Positions 13,013 through 23,988 of a stretch of DNA of 64,000 bases are shown in pieces (the first letter of the stretch is position 1; the number at the start of each line of letters is the position of its first letter). Source of the DNA: the human T2T-CHM13v2.0 reference genome, Homo sapiens; the NCBI RefSeq assembly GCF_009914755.1, contig NC_060929.1. One strand, written 5' to 3'. The notes under the pieces were generated by a model. It was not told the origin of the DNA. It ran no database searches and saw only the letters and a program-made list of their open reading frames with translations. Position numbers and translations under genes: made by a program.

Positions 13013-14699
13013 GTAAAAGAAACCACAGCCACAATCTCTCAAGTGGAGACTTTAAAGCAATAACATCCAAGCACTTAGGTATTTTAAAACCACAATTTAA
13101 AATTATAATCATATTAAAAGAAGAACAGGTTTGGCAGTAATGAGTTGTTTTTTGTTTTTTGTTTTTTTCAGAATTCTTATTTTGCATACGACCCTTAATG
13201 CACCTGCCTCACCTTCTCTTTGGAATGTAAATTGTCAGATTATTCATGGGTTTTTGACATAAAGTTCATTTGGCTCTGGCCACCTTGGAAAAGGGAGACT
13301 TGTTTAATTTTTTTTTTCTTTTAAGTTCTACATGCTCTCTGGGGCATTTGGAAAGGGTGGTTGAGTAGAATTCGGTATATTTGTAAGACTTTAAAAAACA
13401 TCATAGGATGAAAAGGAAGGCCACAAAAAGGAAATACTCTTTGCATAAAATTGACGTTCCTGACTTTGCCAGATTTTGTTCCAGAGGTTAATAACCTTCT
13501 GTTTCAAAACAGGAAAGAAGCTGAATCACAGGGAGTCACCTCCACATGGGCTTTGCTAGATAATTATTCAGCTGACAGTTTAGAGAGCTTTATAAACCTT
13601 GCTTCATGGTCTCTGAAGACTGAATTCATTATGTCTTAAACCAAAAAAAAAAATCCCATTGGCATTTTCAGATCTTCATACTTTGTTTAAATATGTGGTT
13701 TACCTGTTTAAAGACTTGGCAAAGAGGATTAAAAAAAATGCCTTTCTTAACAGTTACATCTCAGACTTTAATTATTCCTATTTTTGATCTTCTAGCTGTA
13801 GATCTAGAATTAAACAGTCTTCCTTTAATGTGGGTAGCTGCTTTAAAAAAAAAGAAAGCGTTTTTCAACTTGTAGACTTAAATTTTTTTGTCTGTATGAA
13901 CAGCTTGGGTGGAGAGAGAAAAGAAAGTGCCAATTTATGGCCTTTTTTTTTACTGGGAAGCCGATGGGTAACTTTTTGGAAATGTCTGGAGTATCTTGTG
14001 CTATACAGACTGGTAAAGGCAAGAGGAGTGCTTAGAGTTGCCCATGTCTCTCACCAGAGCTTTACATGAAGATGGACTTTGCTCCCAAGAGGCTGTGTGG
14101 GCCGGGAGGGCTGAGGTCTGATAGGGAGAGGGTATTGTGTGGTGCTTGTAAGTTTTACCTAAGTGGCAAAAGAGACAATTTTACCTTAGAGAACTCTCTT
14201 AACTCATCTCCCTTGTTGTTGTAGCTTTAAAAAGATAGCTGTTGAGGGGAAATATTTTAAAAGCCCAAAGCAGTCTCCTAGGCACCAGCCATATTTAGGG
14301 AGAATTAAGAACATAGCAGAGCTGCCCTTTTCCTTGGGTGATATTGGTGGGGTTGGCATATATGAGTATTTGGGTTTCTTATAGTTAAGTTTATATCTGT
14401 TTGTAAAATGTGAATATGTATTTCTCTCTGTGTGGGGAAGGGTGGATATACAGAAATGTGAGTAAACAGATAGTTCCAGAAAAAGAGGAACTGTCCCAAG
14501 AACAGGAAGGATGGAGCCACTCTAGGATCACAATAAACAGACAGGAAGAGAGTCCAACTGTGTGTTGCAAGATGATGGATTAACTCAATGTCCTGAGCAA
14601 AGAGCTGACTGGCCAGTCTCTATCCCCTCTCTTTTGAAAGATGAAACCCCTGAAGAACCCTGCTAATTATGAGATGTCACTCAGGCAAAAGGAAGCAAT

Positions 14700-14905
14700 A
14701 ATAGAAGAGTCAACACATATGCTGCTAACTGTAATCCAGACACTGTTATGAGTGCTTTACCTGCATAAATTCATTGAATCCTCACAACATCCCTATTAAG
14801 GAAGAGTGATTTTTACCCTCATTTTACAGATGTGGACCCTGAGACAAGTGATAGGGCAGCATTTTAGCTCAGATAGTCTAAGACCAGAGTCCATGCTATT
14901 AATGA
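14700..14905 (-). mobile_element. MIR SINE
   Basis: TCATTGAATCCTCACAACATCCCTAT..CTCATTTTACAGATGTGGACCCTGAGAC. Confidence 0.75.
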
Positions 14906-16049
14906 CTACAAGTCTAATAGTAAGAAAAAATTAAGTAAACAGCAAGTCAAGGTGGGAAATGCTGTGACAAGACTCGAAGGACATCAGATGGAGCAGAGGA
15001 AGTCCCACAGAAGGAACTGGAGATATTCAAGAGACAAGGAGACTTTCTCTGTGTGCTCCCAGAACCAGAATCCCTACTTAGTCCCTGCCAGATTCCAGCT
15101 GGATGTGGCCTCTCTCTAGGGGCAAGAGACAGCCAGTGGGAATCCTGGGAAAGTAGTTCCTTCTCTTTTGGCTCCAACTCACTCCCAGCCTGACTACATG
15201 TGTGCAACTGGGACATGCACCCCCTGCCGGTGTTGGATTTGGAGTCTCTCAGGTACTGCCCATGGTGCAAGTTGAAGATAGGTCCTAGGAGAGGATGAGC
15301 TGCCTGCTTGTGGTTGCCATTGATGAGGAGATACCAAATGGTTAACGGACTTGCCTACCTAAGCCATCAGGTCTGTGGAGAGAAGCGCAGTGAACCCAGT
15401 AGCAACAAATACTTACCTACAGAACACTGTCCCCATCATGACCCTAGGAAGGCTTTTACCTTCTTCTCTTTATAAAGAAGGACATGTAGGCTTGGAGAGG
15501 TTCAACAGCTTACCCACAGTTCTGCAGCTGCCAAACAACAGAGCCAGAATGAGTGAATCATGACTGCTCCCTTGAACTGCCTAGTTCACCCACAGGTGCC
15601 ACACTAAGACCCAGGCTATTCTTCTTTGCATGACATTATACAACTCCTTCTTTTCTTATTAAGCTTGGGTGCATTTGACTGCCCAAACTCTAACTAAAAG
15701 TTATTTTATGTTTCACATGGAACACTAATGAACATAGGTGTGTTTAAAATTATCAGAGCTTTGAGGAAGGTGGCAAAAATGACTCATTTCTCACCTCTAT
15801 CTACAAATGGCAGGGGTGGTACTTTGGGGCTTTGGAGTGAAGTGAAATCACAGTTGCAAAATTCAGAGGTGTTGGCTTACAACCAGGGAACTGGTTAATG
15901 CCCACTCCAAACCAGAAAGTTCCACAGCCCCTACTCCTTCTCACAGATGAGACATGTAGGTCAAATCAAAACTTAGCTCTGGTGTTACCTTGTTCTCATG
16001 GGAGAATTTCAGGGGGCAGATAAAGCATGGGTTTTAGGATCCTTGGGAT

Positions 16050-16230
16050 ACAACATAAGAACTACACATTACTAAATACTTTCTACATGCCTTTTCCTTG
16101 GCATGAATTATCTCATTGAATTTGTACACCACACTTAGGAAGTGAAGACTTTTCGTAGGCCCATTTTATAGATGAGGAGACTAAAGTTAAAGTAGATGAA
16201 GTAACTTATTCAAGTTATGTGACCCCAGAG
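16050..16230 (-). mobile_element. MIR SINE
   Basis: CCCATTTTATAGATGAGGAGACTAAAG..GAAGTAACTTATTCAAG. Confidence 0.7.
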
Positions 16231-16280
16231 CTTAAGAGGATAACTGTTAGAAATATTCTCTCTTCCACTTTGATTACCTT

Positions 16281-16901
16281 TGTGATGGCTAATACTGAGT
16301 GTCAACTTGATTGGATTGAAGGATGCAAAGTATTGATCGTGGGTGTGTCTGTGAGGGTGTTGCCAGAGGAGATTAACATTTGAGTCAGTGGGCTGGGAAA
16401 GGCATACCCACCCTTAATCTGGGTGGGCACCATCTAATCCACCTGCCAGCATGGCCAGGATATAAGCAGGCAGAAAAACATGAAAAGGCTAGACTGGCCT
16501 AGCCTTTCAGCCTACATCTTTCTCCTGTGCTGGTTGCTTCCTGCCGTTGAACATCAGACTCCAAGTTCTTCAGCTTTGGGTCTTGGACTGACTTCCTTGC
16601 TTCTTAGCTTGCAGATGGCTTACTGTGGGACCTTGTGATCACGTGAGTTAATACTACTGAATGGACTCCTATATATATATATATATACACACTCATGCAA
16701 TCATATATATATATTTATATATATCATAAATCATATATAATCATATGTTTATATAAATCATAAATATATATATTTATGACTGTGTGGGTGTATATACATA
16801 TGGATACATATATACATATACATATACATATATATATATATACACACACACACACATGTATCCTACTAGTTCTGTCCCTCTAGAGCACCCTGACTAATAC
16901 A
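16281..16901 (+). mobile_element. ERVL solo LTR MLT2A1/A2 with expanded internal TA-rich microsatellite
   Basis: Starts TGTGATGGCTAATACTGAGTGTCAACTTGATTGGATTGAAGGATGCAAAGT and ends CCCTGACTAATACA; 5-bp TSD ACCTT/ACGTT. Confidence 0.92.
16670..16858. repeat. Compound (TA)n/(TACA)n/(CA)n microsatellite inside MLT2A
   Basis: Read directly. Confidence 0.9.
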
Positions 16902-19900
16902 ACGTTACATTACACGTACCTGTTACACTGGATGGAGTACTTGTGGTCTGTGGTCTAAAGGGAAACCTGATTCTGCCCTGTTTCTCAGGCTCTTGAACCT
17001 TGGCCTCTGAGGCCGTGGGAGTCCTGAAGAGGGAGCTCACTCAGCCCCAAGAGGAAGGAAGAACCTCATCATTTCCCCAAATGGAGCCTCCCACTTCCTC
17101 ACCTCCAAATGGATTTGGAAGAACTCCTGGGTTTGTTTGGCTTGGAATTAAGGGTCTGAAAGATAGAAAATGATTTGGGGGCTGTATAATTTCGAGTCTG
17201 GTCAGGGGCCCCCCACTGTGGGTAGAATATATTTTTAAAGGCCAACTCTGACTGACTGGGTGGAACCTTCAGTTCTTTCTGTGGCTAAAGGAAAAGCTTT
17301 GTGAGCTAGAACTAGCCACGCAGGAATATGATGTCAGGTGCAGTTTCCCCCACAGGGCAAAATTGTAATGCAGAACATGGGATTCAGTCAAATATATCCA
17401 CTTCTACAACTTGCCTGGAGTTCAGGGCTAAACATGAAGACAAGCAGCCTCTAAGTTTTCTCTCCAAATCATGGTGCAGCATTTTGGAAGTGAGCTAATC
17501 TTTAGAGACAGATGATTTGATAAATGCAATCTCTTTATTTTGTTCATTTTACAACTGAGGATACTGAGATGTGGGGGCTTGGCTTTTCCAGGGTCATTCC
17601 TTGAGTGACAGGTCTGGGACTTGAACCCATGTCTCTTTAACTCCCTTGTCCAAATCCCAACAGTTGCTTATGTCCAATGGCTCACTCATGCCTTTGTGTG
17701 CTTGATGCTCTCGCCTAGCTCAGGGACATTGGGCAAATCCATCCTCATAGTCTCTCTTCTCAGAAGAGAATATGATGTTCGGGCTGTTGTGTAGGCTTAA
17801 AAAATGATTAGTGTCTCATAGGTGGGCGTTGAAACACCTAGTTCCCTGCTTCCATGAAAATAAAACAGAAACTTCTCTTGTTGCAAATCTTTCCAAAAAT
17901 GTGCAGCCACATCCATGCCTTAGTAAGTAGAGTTTAATGAGCATAACATTTTCACATTATTCAAGGTGCACAATACCTCAAGGTCATCATCCTAGAGGTC
18001 TCTGTGTGCAGCTTATAAGTTATAACCTAGTTTGACATTTTTAATTGAGTTGTCATTTGATTTTTTTGTGTTTATAAAAGTAGAAAGTAAAATATCTGGT
18101 TAATTGAGAGGTATGGGTTTGTTAAATCCTTCTGATTAGTTGAGGTCTTTTCACAGTATATGGACTGCTCAATCTTTGTCCTACCAGCCTCCTCAGACAA
18201 GTTGCAAAGAATATTTATTGACATAGACTTTTTGATATTTATAAAAATACTGTGCATTCTCTTTAGCCGAGGCCATGTCCATCGTAAATCAAACAGGAAA
18301 AAGATAAAACACCTAAGAGACTGACACCTAGCCTAGAATATGAATCTCCCTGACTCTCCAGCATGCTCTCATCTTTTGTCAGGTTCTGAGAGGCTGACGG
18401 AATCAGGCAGAAAAGGATTTTGACCTCTTCCCAGACCGGGTCTGCTGTGGTGCCCAGTGTTGCTGGCCCTGCCCAGGAGACCTGAGAGCTGCCTGGCATT
18501 ACTTCAGCTTCTCAAGTTTCCATATGGACAGCAGTTCCAGTGGGAGGGATCGGACACCTGTTTTTCTCCCTCACAGGCAATCAGGTTCCTCAGTCTGTAG
18601 AAAGGCACTGCCTCTCTAGCTCCCTGTATCCTCCTCTCTGTGCCCGGTGATTGTCTCATAAATCAGAGCTTTTGTCTTCCTTCCTTTAATCAAATAGAAC
18701 ATCAACAATTAAATGTATTCTTAATGTAATCACTCTTTTCTTGTTAGGCCCCGGGAAGCAAGTCTCCTTAAGATGTCTGTTATTGTTTTTCCAGGCTTGT
18801 TTTCAGGGAAGGGACAGAGGCCTTTTCAAGCTAGGTTAAGTAAAGGGGAATTCATGTTGAGATGGATGTGGAGCAATGAAAAAGGCCAGAGGCTCCTGGA
18901 AATCCTAGAACAGAAAGCAAGGTATAGCTGGGTCACCTGAAACTAGAAGAGGATTCAAGGGAGCAGGGGGCAGGGGCTCTAGCAGCCATGGCCGGAGATT
19001 CTAGAAGATCTTCACTCATGTGCTCACTATTAAGATGGAACACCTACACTCAGCATGACGTCCCCTCTCTCACTCCCAGTCACCATTGACTCCTTGTGCT
19101 TCCCACTGCTCCAGCTCACCCTTAATTTTGGCCTCTTTAGTTCTAGGTTTACTTTTGCCAATAGGAGATTCTTTTCTGATTAATCGTTCACATGATAGGG
19201 AATTTAATTTGTTCAGTTCTTTATCCTCCTCCTTTTTTTTTTGTTTGCTTGTTTTTAAATGTGTGTGTCACGAGTCATTGAAAGTTTTCAATTGGTTCAT
19301 TGTGAGTTAGGTCTACAATCCCTGATCCAATGAGCTGTGTGGGTGGGGTGTGGATGGAAAGGAATGGGTCAAAATTAGACCACCTAAACAGCAAGGGCTT
19401 TACATGGGCCAGATTTCCTTTGCCTAAAGTGTGATCCAAGCAGGCACCACACACCCGTCAATATAGACAGCATATATGGGCATTAGAGAGTATTTTTAGA
19501 ACCATAAGCTACCCATAAGCCACCATTTCCACAAAAGTCCTGGTTCCATAGGAAAACCTAGGAGAAGGAGAAAAATAACACTCCAACATACATAAATAAC
19601 TCCGATGGTCCAGCATACATTTTCAATTCCAGGACAAGGCCATGGACAATCTAGCAATTTCAGAATTGAATGAAAGAGAAATACCCTGTCAAGCCCTGCT
19701 CTGGAATCAAAACAATATGTCTTCATCATGTATGTCCGTGTGCACAGACACACACGGTGGGAGACTGGGTGCTGGGACGATGTGAAACTTCCTTGCAGCC
19801 TTGATGAAAAGTCTCCTGATGCCCCTTTCTTGTTGGCCTGAACCTGAGAAGCAGGCATGCAGCTCCTGCCCTTTCAGACAGAAATGCCTACAGAGCTGCT

Positions 19901-21869
19901 ATTGTTTCCCTCAGGTAACAAATGCCACAAGCCTAGGCCGGCCAAGTTGTACTGAAACCCAGCTGCTTCCGCGCCATCAAATGAGAAGGGTGCTTTGTTT
20001 TAACTGTCACATTTGTTGTTTGGAAGGATGCTGTTTGACCACGGAGTTTTCTGGGTGACCTTTCATAAGAATTGCATGCAAATGTCCTGGCGAAAGGTTG
20101 CGGGGATTGGTCTGGAAAGGTTATCTCCATTCGTCTAGACCGCTGTCTTCACAAAAAGAGCAAGTGCAGGCAAGGAGCCCAGGGCTGGAGAACAGTGGAG
20201 GATAAAGGGCATCTAGTCTACCACCCTTCGTCCTCTGGGCCCCACCTGCAGGTGTCCACTTCCATGAGCTTCTGGCCTAGAATAACCCCGCTGGCTGAGG
20301 CACCATCCTGGGGCTTCCTGCAGATCGCCTGGTCCCTCAGAACAGGCTCTCTTTCAGCGGACGTAATAACATCCCCCAATTGCCCTGAGATAGGCCATGC
20401 GGAGGAATCTCCCCTCTGAACAACTGAGGCTCTGTTAATAGGTTCTTAAAGGGTTTTTTGAGGGGAAAACGTATTAATGGTTTGTCCTCCAAACAACCCT
20501 TTTTAAATAACTGCCCTTTCTGAACCAGAAAAAAAAAGAATCTTTCTGGAAACTAGGTTGAGATTAATGGGTTCCTTATTGCCACAGAGCAGTCTGATAA
20601 CCCCTTATCCGCAGTCTCAGGCAGGCAATGGGTGAGAGATGGATTTTAAATGAGACATACTCAGATTTAGGCTGCTGAAGAATAAGGCCTATGCTGTGAT
20701 TTATGCGTGTATGGGGTGGACTTCTTGCCCCTCTCTCCCCTATCCACTGACTCCTGGCAAAATCAGACTGTTTATTTTCCTTCTGGGTGGAGGCCTTGAG
20801 GCAGCATAATTAACCTCAGAGGTGGTGTCAGGCTAGGGTGGGCGAGGGGAAACAGGGAGCAGGAAGCCTGTGGACCCGGCTGAGTGTGAGGTGTGAGGAG
20901 ATTGCAGCAGAGGAGTGTGAAGTTCTAATGAATCATGTCAGCTGTTGACTTGGGATTCACAACAAACAGCTGTGTGTGCAGGCCACGGCCTCGTCCTTGG
21001 GGAAGCAGGTGGTGGTGACGTGGGGGGATGGCCTGCCCCAACCTGCCTCCATTAGCTGTAATTATGCTTACGACTTCTGCTCGGGGGCAGCAAGCAGGGA
21101 GTGATCAAGGCCTGCCGTGACTACCAGGGACCCTTTTTAGATGGTGGTCAGTCAGCTGTAAAATGGGCCACAGTTGGCAACGACAGAAGGAGACTGAAGC
21201 CTGAAGCAATTTTTCTTTGAAATCAGCTTCTAAATTGCAGGGAGTCCAAATAAATTGACACATTTACTAGCTTGAGCTCCTTTCCCATTCTGACTTCATT
21301 GCCTCAGCCGGGCCTCTCCTCCGTGAAGCAGTTCTCAGAATTGGGGGTGGGCTCCCCAGCACGGGGCAGGAGGAGGCTCTGATCTGTCAGGAGAGCAGTC
21401 ACGGGCTGGACACTGAGGTGAAGATTTCAGTGTGCATGTACATTTCATTACCCACATTGATGAGTACATTTCAACTGTATAAACGGAACACATTTCTCAC
21501 AAAAACTTGCAATCTACAAGGGAAATCTCTATTAAAAAAAAAACAGCAAAAAGGGACCAAGTGCTTATTCCAGATAAATACTACAGGTTCTCTCCCCAAT
21601 CTACCCTCCTGCATAGAGAAAGCACCTTTTTAGGCAGCAAAATTCTCTTATCATTTAGCTGGTTTAAATTCTAGGATATTATCTTTGCTACTCAAAACTG
21701 AAATTAAATGACGGAAAGCCTCGTGGGTTTAACATTTGATTGGTTGCTTAGCATTTGCAGCGACATCTCCCTCAATAGAATTTTGTACAGCAGGCCTGAC
21801 TGGGCAGACCTCAAGCAGTTAGGGAGGAACAGGTCATTGACAGTAGACTCATCTCTTTGCAGTGGAGAG

Positions 21870-22100
21870 CTGAGGGATGGAGCTGCAGGCACAGGCATGA
21901 ATTCCGGCTGTTACGAATTCAAATCCCAGTTTGGCCACTTACGAGCTGGGTGACCTTAGGCAAGGCATTTCATCTCTGTAAGCCTCAGATGCCTCATCCA
22001 TGAATGGGGATAATAATAACTCTCTAGTGGTGAGTTTGGGATTCCGTGATGGATGTAATAGTACTGGCATGTTGTAAATGATTAAGTGAGTGTCAGCTAT
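21870..22100 (+). mobile_element. MIR SINE
   Basis: TTCAAATCCCAGTTTGGCCACTTACGAGCTGGGTGACCTTAGGCAAGGCATTTCATCTCTGTAAGCCTCAG. Confidence 0.85.
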
Positions 22101-22329
22101 TTTGAATCATTATTGAAAATCAACAGGAGCTCATTTTCCATTCACAATGCTGGGAGAGCTCAGGCAGTCTTTGTATCATCCTTTCTGTGAACCCCAACTT
22201 TGTCCTCTCATCGTCTGTGCAAAGCCTCAAAAACAGATGAGTTAGGGCCTTCCTGTTGCCCCCAATGTGCCTTTTGAACTCTGACTTCTGCTCCTTTGCC
22301 AGTGTCTTCCTCTTTATCTCTCTTCTTTC

Positions 22330-22620
22330 TGTGTTCTGGCATTGGCTGAAATCTCACCTCCTCTGGGAAGCCTTCCCTGAAGCCACCTGTAAGGATCTCT
22401 CCTTCTTTGGAATTTCTATAGTATTTATTAGCACTCCCTGCCACTTACCAAAATGTAACACTGTGCTGTTTATTAGCTTTAGATGAATTTAGATGTCACC
22501 TCTTAAGCCAGTTGACTATAATTTCAGAGCATGAGTGACTTTTACTGCCTCTTTGCATTCTGCTCAGTATCCAGCCCAGTGTTTGGCTCAAAATAGATGC
22601 TCAGTTAATGCTTGCTAATT
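22330..22620 (+). mobile_element. L2 3' end
   Basis: TCACCTCCTCTGGGAAGCCTTCCCTGA..CCCAGTGTTTGGCTCAAAATAGATGCTCAGTTAATGCTTG. Confidence 0.7.
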
Positions 22621-22749
22621 CAGAGACTTATGTAAAAACAGACAGAATGGGCTGAAGACTTCAGCACAGGTCAGAGTTTCTTCTGATTATCTCTGGCATT
22701 GACTTATTCAACCAAAATTTACTCAGAATCTTCTAGGCATAGGGATATT

Positions 22750-22808
22750 TATTTAGGTCAGTATTTCTTCTGACCTTCATTAGGTCAGAAGAAATACTGA
22801 CCTAAATA
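22750..22808. repeat. Perfect inverted repeat, 27-bp arms with 5-nt loop
   Basis: TATTTAGGTCAGTATTTCTTCTGACCT-TCATT-AGGTCAGAAGAAATACTGACCTAAATA; the arms are exact reverse complements. Confidence 0.97.
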
Positions 22809-23335
22809 TGATGCATGGTTCCTGATGAGCCCTGGCTACATGAGACATTTTGAATAAAATTTTGGAAGGTGGAGGTGAAGTAAGAACCATAGTTCTTAAG
22901 CTCTGAATGTGGGTGCAGGGCACCAAGCATATGTGGGTGCTGATCTGCAGGTGTTATAGGCCAGCACCTGCTTCTGCAGGTCTGCCAGCTCCCACCAGGT
23001 CTTCTTTTTTCAGCTTCTCTGAGTCCTGTGCCAGGTGATTATGCCATTATGTGGCAATGGGCACCAGGTTCTCCTGTAGGTCACCCATAGCACTGAGGTG
23101 GTTAGAGGCAGAAATAGGTTTCTGCCTTCCCTGGGTTCCCACTGTCATGAGAATCCTAGCTCATCCTTGCAAATTCCAGTTTGTCCTTGTTCTCACCCAT
23201 ATCCCACTCCCTTCTCAACTGACTGGCTGGCTGACCCATAGTGACTGCAGACTCTCAGATAACAGCTGCAAAAGCAACAGCCTGCATAGGCTGCCTCACC
23301 AGCATGGTCTGCCACTACCATTGCAGAAGGTCTGA

Positions 23336-23663
<328 letters not shown>

Positions 23664-23722
23664 AAGGGTCTTTATTCTTAATCATCCACAGTGCTTGTGC
23701 TTCTCTGATGAAACCTTGCGTG

Positions 23723-23988
23723 ATCCAATTAGTATAGCAGGTAACATTGGTAGAATCCTTGTTATGTGCAGACTCCTACGTCCTGCCTTGTTTAAGAGAG
23801 CTTACATGCAAATGAGTGCAGTGGGAATCCTTAAATCCCCCACTTCAGGGGTTAGATCCAATCAGTATAGCAGTTAACACTGGTGGAGTCCTCGTTATGT
23901 GCAGACTCCAATGTTCTGCCTTGTCTAAGAGAGCTTACATGCGAATGAGTGCAGTGGGAACCCTTAAATCCCCCAGTTCAGGGGTTAG
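23723..23988. repeat. Tandem duplication, 2 x 133 bp, about 90% identical
   Basis: Copies at 23723-23855 and 23856-23988 both run ATCCAAT..TTCAGGGGTTAG; about 13 substitutions and no indels by manual alignment. Confidence 0.95.

Noticed and set aside
18770-19420. Possible very old MLT1-type LTR; similar faint repeats at about 56450-57200, 60195-60430 and 63520-63710
   Set aside because: Too degenerate to assign family or boundaries by eye.
23723-23988. Possible CRISPR-like or structured repeat array
   Set aside because: Only two contiguous copies with no spacers, no cas genes, and a eukaryotic context.
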